Shown: positions 19,166 through 29,194, numbered from the stretch's first letter. The stretch is DNA of 64,000 nt from a virus (IMGVR_UViG_643348549_000020); one strand, 5' to 3'. The notes: generated by a model from the letters alone, not told the origin. Translations and numbers: made by a program.

Positions 19166-21261
19166 GGATTATCTTCCGCACGCTCCGTCCGCAGTTTTTT
19201 CTTCCGGCGACGGCGTTTTTCTGCCCCGGCCGTCAGTTCCGGGGATACCGTTTCACCAGAACGCTCCTGCGGGAAGACGAGCCACGTTTCCCGCTGTGCC
19301 CAGTCCGGTGCGGAGGGCCAGCGGATCTTTTCGTAACCATGCAGAACGGCAAGCGCATCCGCATAAACCAGCAGGTCAAACGCTTCGTTAGCGCCCCTGC
19401 CCGGTTTTCGCCATTTTCCGTCACTGCCGCGCTCTTCATAGGTCAGCTCATCGTAAAACCACCGCCCCAGCCAGTCGGGAAAGTGGATATAGTTCGGCCC
19501 TGGTGTGTCACGCCACAGGGCATTATTTACACGATCCTTAAACGCATCCGTCTGAACCAGCCACAGCGCGACATCGCCACTGGCTCTGGCACGGCGGGCA
19601 CTTCTGCCGGTATTATCCGGGAAGGTTCGGTTAATCAGCCTGTCACGGCGAAGTCCATCCCCCTTGAACAGAAACACCCTGTTGCCCAGTCCGTCACTCC
19701 GGCAACGACGCCAGAAACGATAGGCGTTATCTGTCACCCCGGCTTCCCCTCCCGTATCCACCGCCATGGCCATCAGACGCATGCGCACATCCGGATCAGA
19801 AGCCAGCGGCCATGTTTTATGGAACACATCCGTCAGCAACAAATCCCAGTCCTCCGGATATGCCGCCGGATCAACCGGCAGACTTTCACCGTTGGGACTG
19901 CAGCGCAGTGAATGCCGGATGTTGTAGCGATCAACAATCCAGCGTTCCCCCTGCTCTCCGTATCCGGTGATCTGCACAACAAAACGGCGATTTTTACCGC
20001 CCTGTACGTCAACCGTTGCCTCAATAAAACGCACACCATCCGGCACAGATCGCCGGGGAAACGGCTCGGCACGCTGTTCAAGCAGTTCACTTTTACGCTG
20101 TTCCGTGGCTGAACGGGGCAGATAGGGTCGTCCGATATCGGTGTTCACCACCGCTTTCAGGGTCTCTTCACTGCCGGTTCGCTCATACTCTTCTTCTGCC
20201 GCCAGCAGTTTAAAAATCAGTTGTTCCCAGGTCTGAAACGCCGCAGCTGGCCCCTCCATCCAAAATGACGCAATCCGGGAGTTTCGTGGCGTTCCGGTGA
20301 TACTGCCGTCCGCCGCCGCCCGTTCACCTTCACGAAGCCAGATCCCCTGGTTATTCAGTTCGCGTTTCTGCTCAGGGGCAATCAGCCCGCGACAATGCGG
20401 ACACATCAGACGGGCAGCCTGACCGGCAGCCACAAAATCCGGGTTATTCCGGTATCCGGTCATGTTATCCATCACCGGCTGAAAATATTCCCCGCAGTGC
20501 GGACACGGCCAGTACCACCGGCGGCGGTCTCCCCGGTTATACAGTGACAGGATCCCCGTTGTTGGCGGTGCCTCATGTGCGCCACCACAACGCCATTTGG
20601 TATCGGTGATATCCCGCCCCGGTGAACTCTCGACCAGGGTCATCCCCGAGGACATAAAGGTGGTGGTACGCTTTGAGGCCAGCGTGAAGGCATCCCCTTC
20701 CCCGTCCACATTTTCAGGGAAACGGTCATAATCCGTCAGCGCCACACGACGGTAATCCGAAGAGGAAAAGACGGTGATCGACGGCCAGCCAATCTTCAGG
20801 AAGGAGCCGTCAAGAAACATTTTATCGTGGACGTTGTTGTCATTACGGGAAGGACTGAGGCGCTTGCTGACCTCCGGACTGTGGCGAAACGTCCTGGAAA
20901 GACGCGTTCTGGAATGCTCACGCGCCTTCGTCTCAGTCATCTGCACCACCAGCATATCCGCCGGATCACAGATGATGCCGTACACAATCCAGCCATCAAT
21001 CAGCCCTTCGGTTTTCCCGGTTCGCGCAGGTCCCACAAACACCACCGCGTCATATTCACGGGCTGATAATGTATTAATGGGGTCAATCATATAGGGCGTC
21101 AGCGATGACTCCCACGGACCGGAAGTATTGGCTCCCCGTGGAACCCGCATATAACGCCTGATGGCTTCCGCTACTGGTAACCGGCTGGGTGGGCGAAACA
21201 GCGAGGCCACTTCGCGCCAGATATCGGATGCGCGGCTATGGCTCTCGTTCACCTGATTCAC
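19138..21261 (-). CDS. A: Terminase large subunit (lambda gpA-like)
   Basis: 707 aa; ATPase motif FVGPARTGKTE; C-terminal region colinear with lambda A. Confidence 0.9.
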   Translation of the reverse strand: MNQVNESHSRASDIWREVASLFRPPSRLPVAEAIRRYMRVPRGANTSGPWESSLTPYMIDPINTLSAREYDAVVFVGPARTGKTEGLIDGWIVYGIICDPADMLVVQMTETKAREHSRTRLSRTFRHSPEVSKRLSPSRNDNNVHDKMFLDGSFLKIGWPSITVFSSSDYRRVALTDYDRFPENVDGEGDAFTLASKRTTTFMSSGMTLVESSPGRDITDTKWRCGGAHEAPPTTGILSLYNRGDRRRWYWPCPHCGEYFQPVMDNMTGYRNNPDFVAAGQAARLMCPHCRGLIAPEQKRELNNQGIWLREGERAAADGSITGTPRNSRIASFWMEGPAAAFQTWEQLIFKLLAAEEEYERTGSEETLKAVVNTDIGRPYLPRSATEQRKSELLEQRAEPFPRRSVPDGVRFIEATVDVQGGKNRRFVVQITGYGEQGERWIVDRYNIRHSLRCSPNGESLPVDPAAYPEDWDLLLTDVFHKTWPLASDPDVRMRLMAMAVDTGGEAGVTDNAYRFWRRCRSDGLGNRVFLFKGDGLRRDRLINRTFPDNTGRSARRARASGDVALWLVQTDAFKDRVNNALWRDTPGPNYIHFPDWLGRWFYDELTYEERGSDGKWRKPGRGANEAFDLLVYADALAVLHGYEKIRWPSAPDWAQRETWLVFPQERSGETVSPELTAGAEKRRRRKKKLRTERAEDNPWITSGGWL

Positions 21262-21734
21262 ATATCGGCCTCATCACAACAGTCAATGACTGCCTTTTCC
21301 AGTGTGTCGCGGATCTCATCAACCACAATCTGTACTTCATTCAGTTGTGATGCAGTCCACCCCCTGTCCCTCTCCAGCCGGTCAGGCCAGGTTTCCAGTA
21401 CCTGAACTATCGCTTTCACCACGACAGAAAAGGACCGCCTGACATCACTGACTGGCACAAGCTGAACAGTTTCATGCTGAAATTTAAGACGCTCGCGCTC
21501 GGACTGATACCATGCCTTACGAGCGTGAGGATCCATATCCTCATCTTCGGAAGATGGTGGTTTTTCCAGCAACGAAGTTATCAAATCCGTCAGGAGATAC
21601 AGTTTTTTCTTTTCATTACTGCCTGGTGCAAGAGGAACATCCGCCATTCTGGCGGCAACAGTCTGCCGGTGCAGACCTGAAAGGGCTGCCAGTTGATTAA
21701 TATTTAACTTCATATTTTTCAGCTCGCCGTCCAT
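21258..21734 (-). CDS. Terminase small subunit (Nu1-like, N-terminal HTH)
   Basis: Overlaps terminase large start; LNINQLAALSGLHRQTV HTH resembles Nu1. Confidence 0.7.
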   Translation of the reverse strand: MDGELKNMKLNINQLAALSGLHRQTVAARMADVPLAPGSNEKKKLYLLTDLITSLLEKPPSSEDEDMDPHARKAWYQSERERLKFQHETVQLVPVSDVRRSFSVVVKAIVQVLETWPDRLERDRGWTASQLNEVQIVVDEIRDTLEKAVIDCCDEADM

Positions 21735-21759
21735 TTACATCCCTCCACATAAACCGCAG

Positions 21760-21990
21760 AACAGAAGTGACTCTGTTTTTTTGTAAAGAAATGCCGCCAT
21801 ATAAAGATGTCGAACAAAAAACAACCACAATCATCATCTTTTTAATACTAACAGCATTAAAAACAACAAGTTACCATCATGATGATGATGACGATAAAAT
21901 CACAAAAATGCGCCTTTTTCCGCGCCCGCCCGCCCCGTGTTCAGGCCCACCCCACCAGGAGGACCCGCAAAAATGATAATGGTTATCATT
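21760..21990. other. Probable cos region (cohesive-end and terminase binding sites) between Rz and terminase small subunit
   Basis: Noncoding AT-rich segment followed by GC-rich cgcgcccgcccgcccc block, at the position of cos in lambda-like genomes; exact cosN not determined. Confidence 0.35.
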
Positions 21991-22189
21991 TGCAACAAAA
22001 TCCAGTTTCTTCCACCATCGCACCGGACTGGCGACTATGAGGGGACAACACCGCGCTCCGTTAACGCGGTAAACCCCGGTGTGTATCGTTTTTGATTATC
22101 CCCGCACACTCTCGCAGAGGAGTCTCCCTGTCTGGCTGCGGTCTCTGTTAATGCAGGAATACGGTGACGATACGTCGCATCAGCAAAAC

Positions 22190-22657
22190 TTAGTTCAGGC
22201 ACTGAGTGCGGATATAGTCCTGTGCCCCTTCCAGCTGCTTCTGCATTGTCATCAACCGTTCTCTGAGGATGAAATAATCCCGTTCAGCGGTGTCTGCCAG
22301 TCGGGGGCCGGTTGCATTATCCACGCCGGAGGTGCCGGTGGCTTCACGCACGGTACCGGAGCAGGTGGCGTTGATCCGCAGGCGCTTACGACCAGCGGCA
22401 ACATCAGCACGCAGAGTTTCATTTTCAGCTCTCGCATCGGCTAACTCCCTCGAGTATTTTGCATCGAGCGCAGCAACATCACGCTGGCGCACCTGCATGT
22501 CAGTAATGGTGGCATTCGCCTGTTCCAGCTCTCTGGCTTTTTTATCGCGCTGCGCTTTGTAGGTGAGCGCGTTGTCACGGTAATGGTTTGTTGCCAGCCA
22601 CAGCGCACCATAGCCAACCGCCAGGACAATAATCACCACACACAGAACACGGTTCAT
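22190..22657 (-). CDS. Rz: Spanin inner-membrane subunit Rz
   Basis: N-terminal transmembrane segment then coiled-coil; downstream of endolysin. Confidence 0.85.
   Translation of the reverse strand: MNRVLCVVIIVLAVGYGALWLATNHYRDNALTYKAQRDKKARELEQANATITDMQVRQRDVAALDAKYSRELADARAENETLRADVAAGRKRLRINATCSGTVREATGTSGVDNATGPRLADTAERDYFILRERLMTMQKQLEGAQDYIRTQCLN
22252..22437 (-). CDS. Rz1: Spanin outer-membrane lipoprotein Rz1, embedded in Rz in another frame
   Basis: Lipobox LVVSAC followed by a proline-rich mature region; entirely inside Rz. Confidence 0.75.
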   Translation of the reverse strand: MRELKMKLCVLMLPLVVSACGSTPPAPVPCVKPPAPPAWIMQPAPDWQTPLNGIISSSENG

Positions 22658-22810
22658 CTCTCTTTCACCCCACCAGTCCCGATAACGTCAGGACTCGCCA
22701 GGCGGTGGAAAAGAAAATGGCAACCAGCATGACTAAAAATGAAATGCCGACAAGTACACAGAGGCTCTTCACCAGCGTTATGAGTTTATCTGATATCATT
22801 AGCCACCCCA

Positions 22811-23380
22811 TCAATCCGCCTTTGTTATTTTCCCTTTGCCTGTATCAGCCAGGACAAAATCAATCAGCATATTCGCTTCATTTACCAGCGTACGGATTTT
22901 TGATACATGCGCGGCTTTAACCTGTTTCCACTCATTCAGCCCGGTAGCAAACACACTGGCAATGTTTTTATCCCGTTTCATGTCAGCACAAGCCTGGTTG
23001 AGTTCTTCCATCACGCTCATTTTACGGGGATTAACGACAAAACCCTTCGTCCAGTACTCGTAAAGAACATCGTCGCACTCTTCCTGATACCGGATGACCT
23101 TATCGCGGATTTCGGGTTTTACTTTGTTGGGATTAATGGTTTGTAGCCAGCCGGCAAGTTTTCGAAGTGGCATGGACACCATATTGCGTTGTTTCCCATC
23201 CTCAGCAACCATAACGATTTCCGTTATAGTTGACGCAAAACGCTGTCTTAACTTAGCCAACTGTGATTGCCAGGCCAGCCCCATCCCCGCAACGACAGGT
23301 TTCATGGGAACGTATGGTTCGCCATTATGGTTAACTACATAAAGAGAGTTGCCGTGAAACGGCACGGCCATCATATTCAT
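22811..23380 (-). CDS. Phage antirepressor-like protein located between R and Rz
   Basis: N-terminus MNMMAVPFHGNSLYVV... typical of Ant/Bro-N type antirepressors. Confidence 0.55.
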   Translation of the reverse strand: MNMMAVPFHGNSLYVVNHNGEPYVPMKPVVAGMGLAWQSQLAKLRQRFASTITEIVMVAEDGKQRNMVSMPLRKLAGWLQTINPNKVKPEIRDKVIRYQEECDDVLYEYWTKGFVVNPRKMSVMEELNQACADMKRDKNIASVFATGLNEWKQVKAAHVSKIRTLVNEANMLIDFVLADTGKGKITKAD

Positions 23381-23650
23381 CGGTTATTTCCTTTTAGTGA
23401 TGAACCTTGTCTCACAGGAATCCAGCCCACAGAAAGGCACCGACAGCCAAACCGGTATCCTCAAGGGTCATCCTGAAAGGTTCTGTGTTGTGAGATGCGC
23501 GTGAGATGCGCAGAAATGACAAAGGCATCATTACGGTGCCTGAGTGTTAAACAACTGTTTTGACTTTATTCACTTACATTTTGCCAATTTGCAGGATTTC
23601 GTGTTATCCGTCCATGTAAGCAAACCTCATTTTTCAGCAAAATATTCTTC

Positions 23651-24184
23651 TTATCTGTCGATTCCCCAGCACGCCAGCGCGCTCTCCTGGTCACGACGGG
23701 ATACCTGACCGTAACAGTTGTTTGAACGAATACGGCAGTCTCTGCCACCGTCCTTAATCCACCAGCGAATAGCTTCGCAGGCACCTTTTCGATCACCTGC
23801 ATTAATTCGTCTGTAAAACGTCGACGGGAAACACTTACCGGGACCAATGTTGTACGGACAGAATGACGCGATCCCCGCTTTCTGGGGTTCGGTCAGCGGC
23901 ACTTTAATGTTTTTCTCCACCCATGCCAGCGCCTTATCACGCTCAATGGCGTTAACCCGGTCGCATTTTTCCTTCGACAGCTTCATGCCAGGAATAACAG
24001 GCTTACCATCCACCCGGGTGGCTCCACGGCAGATGGTCCAGATACCCGCACCATCACGGTATGCTGTGGTGTGGTTACCTTCCTTTTCATCCAGAAACTG
24101 GTCGAGGATTTCAGGCGCAGAAGCACCTGCGGCAATCAGCGCCAGAACGGCAGCCGATAAACCATAGCGGAGTTTCCTGCTCAT
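23651..24184 (-). CDS. R: Endolysin R (phage lysozyme, T4-lysozyme-like fold with signal-anchor)
   Basis: N-terminal hydrophobic segment then EGNHTTAYRDGAGIWTICRG lysozyme-type motif; follows holin. Confidence 0.85.
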   Translation of the reverse strand: MSRKLRYGLSAAVLALIAAGASAPEILDQFLDEKEGNHTTAYRDGAGIWTICRGATRVDGKPVIPGMKLSKEKCDRVNAIERDKALAWVEKNIKVPLTEPQKAGIASFCPYNIGPGKCFPSTFYRRINAGDRKGACEAIRWWIKDGGRDCRIRSNNCYGQVSRRDQESALACWGIDR

Positions 24185-24188
24185 CAGC

Positions 24189-24404
24189 TTACTCTCCCCG
24201 TGCCGCCTTACGCCGGTCTTCTTTAATCTTGAAATACAGGTTCGTCAGATATGTCAGCAGCCCAAACAGCAGACTCCCCAGCACGCCTATTGCCGCCCAC
24301 TGAGACGGGGAAACCCTGTCCAGCAACTGCAGGAACCAGTAGCCCGTTCCCACCGCTGACGTGGTGTATGACACACCTGTTGTGATTTTTTCCATCTGGT
24401 ACAT
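24189..24404 (-). CDS. S: Holin S with dual-start motif (MYQM...)
   Basis: Two transmembrane segments and basic C-terminus; two Met separated by two codons; ORF is open upstream to 24479. Confidence 0.75.
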   Translation of the reverse strand: MYQMEKITTGVSYTTSAVGTGYWFLQLLDRVSPSQWAAIGVLGSLLFGLLTYLTNLYFKIKEDRRKAARGE

Positions 24405-24481
24405 ACCCCGTCTCCCGCAATCCGGAAGCTCACAACAATAAAAAAGACCACCGGCACACACCGATGGTCCCTGACGCATGC

Positions 24482-24727
24482 TTACATCATCATGTCGCTG
24501 TCCGGTGTGGGGTCACCGCTATCTGAAGCACTCCCCTCACCCGCGATGCCTTCCGGCTCCGGAGCTGCCGGTGCGCCCAGCAGTTCATCCAGAATGGCAT
24601 CCACTTCTGCATCAAGACGCGCTTCCAGGTTATGGCGAAGTTTCTGTTTCAGTGCGCTCCGGACTTCTTCAGAGCGCAGGACTTCCTTCACTGCTTCAGC
24701 AGTGACCAGGGATGTAATTTCTGACAT
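24482..24727 (-). CDS. Small acidic protein of unknown function (81 aa) upstream of the lysis cassette
   Basis: ATG at 24727; conserved position before S in Stx-type prophages. Confidence 0.45.
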   Translation of the reverse strand: MSEITSLVTAEAVKEVLRSEEVRSALKQKLRHNLEARLDAEVDAILDELLGAPAAPEPEGIAGEGSASDSGDPTPDSDMMM

Positions 24728-24767
24728 GGGATTTTCTCGTCGAAAGATGTGATTAAGAAAGTTGCCG

Positions 24768-24947
24768 CTAAATGAGCGGCTCTTCGGGTTTGCTTCCGGC
24801 TGACTGACTGGCGCTGATTTTCTCAGCGGCCCTTTTGTCAATCTGTCTGCGCCAGAAGTCACGCATGGCCCTGTACCCACCCGAAAGGAGATACAGCACA
24901 CAGACCACCGTACAGAAGTACAGCATTAACTGGTTCAGAAATGTCAT
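24768..24947 (-). CDS. 59-aa predicted membrane protein (below the ORF-track threshold)
   Basis: Translated by hand: MTFLNQLMLYFCTVVCVLYLLSGGYRAMRDFWRRQIDKRAAEKISASQSAGSKPEEPLI. Confidence 0.4.
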   Translation of the reverse strand: MTFLNQLMLYFCTVVCVLYLLSGGYRAMRDFWRRQIDKRAAEKISASQSAGSKPEEPLI

Positions 24948-25083
24948 AATTTCTTTCCGTTATTGTTGACAATAAGAACTGTTTTCATTTAAAAAACCAG
25001 AGCACGAAAGTATCGTTCCTTTATTTTTTCTCCATAGGTATTACCACCGCCAGCGTCCATTCCTGTCGCTGGCGGTTTTTTTA

Positions 25084-27030
25084 TCATGCCGCAGTGTCTG
25101 TGCTGTTCACTTCCACCGCAATGCTGTCTATCAGTACCGGGTAAGTCGCACCTCTGGTAATGTCTGTCACATGCAGTTTATCCGCCGCAAAGGCACTGAC
25201 CGGTGACTGCGTCAGCGTGAACGGTGTACCATCCTGACCATCAATAACCGGCGTCACCTGAAGGCTGTTATTCCCGGCAAAGCGGAAAGCCAGCGCATGC
25301 CATTCGTTATCAAATGCGCCAAAGCTTCCCAGTTTCAGGTTGTTTGTCGCCACTTTCGCATTGTGGTACATCACATTCAGGTCTTTTGCATCTGTCTGGA
25401 TGTAGAACGCTGCCAGCAGGTTATTCCCCCCGTCTCCGGTCAGGGCAACGCCCTGTGGCAGTGAAGATACCGGCCAGTAAAACGCCATAACATACTGGTT
25501 CGCAGCCAGCGCTCCCGAAACCTTAAAGCGGCAGCGAATCTGCCCCCCTTTCTGTAACAGAGCCGCACCGTTGCCCGCGGCGTACTCCAGCACCCAGCTG
25601 CTTTTACCGGCTTCCTTGGTCAGCTTCACTGCCTTACCTCCGGTTCCCTCCGCATCGCTGACCACTTCTGCCCTGCCGCCACTGGCTGACCATCCCTGTA
25701 CTTTCAGGCTTCCCTCTGACTCGCTGGCAAGGTAAGAGAGCAGTGTTGTGATGCCTGTGGCTTCTGCACCGGAAGGCGATGACGGGCGCACCTCTGATAC
25801 TGTCGATGATGCCCCCGCGTTTAGCGCCACTCTTCCCGCATGGCGCAAAATCGCCGTTGCCAGACGGTCGGAAATAATCCCACGGCGTGCCCAGGCGCTG
25901 AAATGGCTCGCCCTGTCCTGTGACGTCCAGGTGGCTGAGCTGTCACGCCATTTCGAACCGTAATATCCGATACCCGGAATGTCCGGGTCTTCTTCCGGTT
26001 TGTTCGTCGGCACATTCACCCCGTTCTCATCCGTCATGAACGGTACGAAATGGATATTTTTTTCCGTTTTGTTTTTATAGCTGCCGTACACCGTCTGGTA
26101 CGTGGATTCGTTCTTCTGCTTCCAGAAATACGTCGTATCTCCACATATCCAGGGAACACCGCCAGCAGAGCCACCGACGCACTGACCTGCCATATCCGCC
26201 AGGTCTGCACGGAATTTATCAACCAGCGCACCAAACTGTGCTGCGTGATTTGCCGGCGTACCGCCAAAATCAAATTCCCCCTGCATCCACACCACGGCAA
26301 ACAGCACATTTTTCGGATTCTTCTTCAGTGCTGCTTTTGTTCGACCGATAAGGTCCTTATACAGCGGCTTGTCCACACCCCAGCGGGTTGAATTCTCCGA
26401 GGCACCACTCGCGTCACTGTATGTGCCATCAGCTCCGGTGGTGAACGCTGAACCACCACGACAGCACGGAACCAGCAGAATGCCCGCATTCGCCGGTATA
26501 AACGGCAGCAATTTTTTGGCGATATGCAGCCCCTGCCCCACGGTTCCGTACTGCCCCTTTGACAGGTCCGCTTTCGGATGGTTAAGGCGGCTCATGTCCT
26601 GCACATCATGCAGACAATGGTCCGCCGGAATGATGTCGTTATATTTACAGGCGACACCGCCCGGTGTCACCGTACTGCGACGCGCCAGCTGCTTAATGCG
26701 CGGGTCCGGACGGTCATATGTCTCCGGCAGCGGAAGACCTTCACCATACGACATGCCGTTTGACTGCCCTGCCAGAACCACAACAAAGTAATACCCGGGG
26801 TCGCTGGTGGCGCTGATTACTGCACCTTCTCCACCTGTCGGCTTCACCACAACAGGTGTGCTCACATCACCTTCTGCGACAATCGCCTGAATAAGTGCTG
26901 CGCCATCATCCGTATACGAAGAAAACGGCCCACCATATGGTTGCCATCCTTCACGAATTTTTTGCGCAAGTGCATCAGCAAGGTCTGACGGCGACGCCGC
27001 CCTGACAACATCATAATGTTTAAATGTCAT
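25084..27030 (-). CDS. nanS: Prophage-encoded sialate O-acetylesterase (NanS-p type, 648 aa)
   Basis: SGNH/SASA-type motif VVLAGQSNGMSYGEG; size and position (between Q and S) match NanS-p of EHEC prophages. Confidence 0.7.
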   Translation of the reverse strand: MTFKHYDVVRAASPSDLADALAQKIREGWQPYGGPFSSYTDDGAALIQAIVAEGDVSTPVVVKPTGGEGAVISATSDPGYYFVVVLAGQSNGMSYGEGLPLPETYDRPDPRIKQLARRSTVTPGGVACKYNDIIPADHCLHDVQDMSRLNHPKADLSKGQYGTVGQGLHIAKKLLPFIPANAGILLVPCCRGGSAFTTGADGTYSDASGASENSTRWGVDKPLYKDLIGRTKAALKKNPKNVLFAVVWMQGEFDFGGTPANHAAQFGALVDKFRADLADMAGQCVGGSAGGVPWICGDTTYFWKQKNESTYQTVYGSYKNKTEKNIHFVPFMTDENGVNVPTNKPEEDPDIPGIGYYGSKWRDSSATWTSQDRASHFSAWARRGIISDRLATAILRHAGRVALNAGASSTVSEVRPSSPSGAEATGITTLLSYLASESEGSLKVQGWSASGGRAEVVSDAEGTGGKAVKLTKEAGKSSWVLEYAAGNGAALLQKGGQIRCRFKVSGALAANQYVMAFYWPVSSLPQGVALTGDGGNNLLAAFYIQTDAKDLNVMYHNAKVATNNLKLGSFGAFDNEWHALAFRFAGNNSLQVTPVIDGQDGTPFTLTQSPVSAFAADKLHVTDITRGATYPVLIDSIAVEVNSTDTAA

Positions 27031-27214
27031 TATTCCTCCCGGCCGGGATAGTGTATTAAATCAGATATGGAGTGGGCTGTAGTCCGGAAGCCTGAATGAC
27101 ACACGGGGACTACAGCCCAAGAAATGAAAAAAGGCCACGCAGTTGCGCAGCCTGATAAACCCTGGTTAAAATCCACACGATAACAACACAACAATATCAG
27201 TATCTCATGCTATT

Positions 27215-27240
27215 GCCCGAACCCATTCGGGCATTTTTTT
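27215..27240 (+). terminator. Intrinsic terminator (hairpin gcccgaacccattcgggc plus T8), plus-strand orientation
   Basis: Seen directly in sequence. Confidence 0.5.
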
Positions 27241-27246
27241 ACCCAT

Positions 27247-27270
27247 AAAAAAGCCCCTCCGGAGAGGGGC
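27247..27270 (-). terminator. Intrinsic terminator (hairpin gcccctctccggaggggc plus T6) in late-transcript orientation
   Basis: Seen directly; forms a back-to-back terminator pair with 27215-27240. Confidence 0.5.
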
Positions 27271-27508
27271 ATGTTTGCATGCACATTCTTTTTCTTGCAT
27301 GGTGCCGGGTGCCTCCCGGTGAATTCAGTACCAGCACCTGAATCCGCGATTACCCCATATACCTGGTTGCTGATTGCCCCTCCGCACAGGGGGATTCACC
27401 ATGCCAGTTTCTTTTAACAAACTCCCCGCAAACCAGACAACAGTCAACCGCCTGAATTGTGAGACATTTAAAAAAAGGCCCGCAAAAGCGAGCCAGGGAA
27501 AATAAGTG

Positions 27509-27584
27509 TGGCGCGTTGTACTGGATTCGAACCAGCGACCTGGCGATTATGCGTCGCTCGCTCTCACCACTGAGCTAAAGGGCC
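27509..27584 (-). tRNA. tRNA-like sequence, 76 nt, anticodon CAU (Ile2/Met type body), probably a degenerate or chimeric pseudo-tRNA
   Basis: D-arm GCTCAGTGGTGAGAGC and T-loop GGTTCGAATCC are intact, but the acceptor strands GGCCCTT and ACAACGC cannot pair, position 33 is G, and there is an A27-C43 mismatch. Confidence 0.5.
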
Positions 27585-27624
27585 GGGCGCAGGATAATAA
27601 CGGTACGTAACTAATCCTGCAATA

Positions 27625-28683
27625 TCATCCGTTCTGACTGACTAAATCCTGTACTTCCCTGACCGTCTGCTCAAAACGTTCAGTCTCCAGCTCAACGCCA
27701 GTTGCACGACGCCCCAGCGCCATCGCGGCTTTGACTGTCGAACCCGACCCCATGAAGAAATCTGCAACCAGGTCACCCGGACGACTGCTCGCACTGATTA
27801 TCTGCTGCAGCATTTCTGCCGGTTTTTCGCACGGATGTTTCCCGGGATAGTACTGCACCGGTTTATGCGTCCACACATCCGTGTACGGCACCTGCGCCGT
27901 CACGCCAAAATACCGCCGCAGATGTTTATATTCACTCTGCAGTTCCGCATACTGCCGGTTCAGTGAAGTATACGTCTCCAGCAGCTGGTGGTGGGGCTTT
28001 TCCAGTTCACCGCGCTGATGCTTCTCTTCTGCCACCCGGGCAAACAGCGCCTGTAATTTCAGATAATCGCTTTCGTTCGGTAGCTGCCACTGACTGGCAC
28101 TGAACCAGTGCGACACCATGTTTTTCTTTCCTGTGGCATCCACTATCTGTTTTGCCGTTATCCCCAGGGCAGCACGCGCATCACGAAAGTAAGAAATCAG
28201 CGGAGCCATCACATGCTGTTTCAGTGCCCTGCCCTTCGCCTCATACCCGGCATCTTTCGGACGATACGGCCCCTGATAATGTTCCGCGAACAGAATGCGC
28301 TCTGTGGCGGGGAAATACGCCCTCAGGCTTTCCTTGTTGCACCCGTTCCAGCGTCCGGACGGCTTCGCCCAGATAATATGGTTCAGCACACTGAAGCGTT
28401 CACGCATCATGATTTCAATGTCAGATGCCAGGCGATGGCCACAGAACAGGTAAAGACTTCCGGCAGGTTTCAGCACCCGCCAGAACTGCGCCAGACACTG
28501 GTCCAGCCATTTCAGGTAATCCTCATCACCCGTCCACTGGTTATCCCAGCCCTCAGGCTTCACTTTAAAGTACGGCGGGTCCGTGACTATCAGGTCAACA
28601 GAATTTTCGGGTAACGACCGGATAAATTCCAGGCAGTCGGCGTTGATTAACTCACAACTGGATATTTTTACAGTATTAAACAT
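27625..28683 (-). CDS. DNA methyltransferase, beta-class amino-MTase (N6-adenine or N4-cytosine), no cognate nuclease seen
   Basis: DPPY motif near the N-terminus and FFMGSGST AdoMet motif near the C-terminus. Confidence 0.8.
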   Translation of the reverse strand: MFNTVKISSCELINADCLEFIRSLPENSVDLIVTDPPYFKVKPEGWDNQWTGDEDYLKWLDQCLAQFWRVLKPAGSLYLFCGHRLASDIEIMMRERFSVLNHIIWAKPSGRWNGCNKESLRAYFPATERILFAEHYQGPYRPKDAGYEAKGRALKQHVMAPLISYFRDARAALGITAKQIVDATGKKNMVSHWFSASQWQLPNESDYLKLQALFARVAEEKHQRGELEKPHHQLLETYTSLNRQYAELQSEYKHLRRYFGVTAQVPYTDVWTHKPVQYYPGKHPCEKPAEMLQQIISASSRPGDLVADFFMGSGSTVKAAMALGRRATGVELETERFEQTVREVQDLVSQNG

Positions 28684-28823
28684 GGATCATTAAGCCTGTC
28701 TCTGATAGGCTCATACCGCTTTTGCGCAAAGCAGTGGGCCTGAGGTTTGCTTGTGATCCAGACGCATGAGCAGATGGCTGGTGAGTGCCCCTAACACCCA
28801 CCAGTCGCCCATTTACCACAAAT

Positions 28824-28847
28824 AAAAAAGCCTTCAGGACTGAAGGC
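28824..28847 (-). terminator. Intrinsic terminator (gccttcagtcctgaaggc plus T-run) overlapping the stop of the small ORF
   Basis: Seen directly. Confidence 0.45.
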
Positions 28848-29031
28848 GTCTGTAACAACCGAACTGATAGTCTGCCAGACCCGCCATAACAAGCTGGGTC
28901 AGTATTAACTGGCAGCGTTCGCGTGAAAGGTAAGTATTCTGCGCAATCTCCCCGACTGTCGCCGGTTCGGTGACGCTTAATTCATTAAACACTGCTCTGG
29001 CAGTTTCTGTCATATCCTGCTGTTTCAGCAT
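28834..29031 (-). CDS. Small protein (65 aa from internal ATG) between Q and the methyltransferase, unknown function
   Basis: ORF only; weak HTH-like character. Confidence 0.3.
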   Translation of the reverse strand: MLKQQDMTETARAVFNELSVTEPATVGEIAQNTYLSRERCQLILTQLVMAGLADYQFGCYRRLQS

Positions 29032-29160
29032 GTCTTTTTCCCTTTTTCGGTTAACGTGACACACCAATAACTCTTGTCAAAAAAGCCAGCAAGCTGAAAG
29101 ACCGGTATTCACCGCCACCAGCGCGTTTACTGTACTGACGCGATTTCAGTCATAAAAAAC

Positions 29161-29187
29161 CCGCCAGGCGGCGGGGTGTAAAAAATC
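29161..29187 (-). terminator. Candidate tR'-like intrinsic terminator just downstream of Q (hairpin cccgccgcctggcggg plus T6)
   Basis: Seen directly; a possible promoter TTGATT-16-TAAATT lies about 50 bp upstream on the minus strand. Confidence 0.4.
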
Positions 29188-29194
29188 TTCTAAC

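Noticed and set aside
21767-21976. 69-aa ORF with HHDDDDDK motif in the cos region
   Set aside because: Lies in the AT-rich cos region with no RBS; the motif is a by-product of the catcatgatgatgatgacgat repeat.
27030-27510. Shiga toxin genes at the canonical stx insertion site
   Set aside because: No ORF of suitable size or A/B-subunit signature; only terminators and a stem-loop are present.
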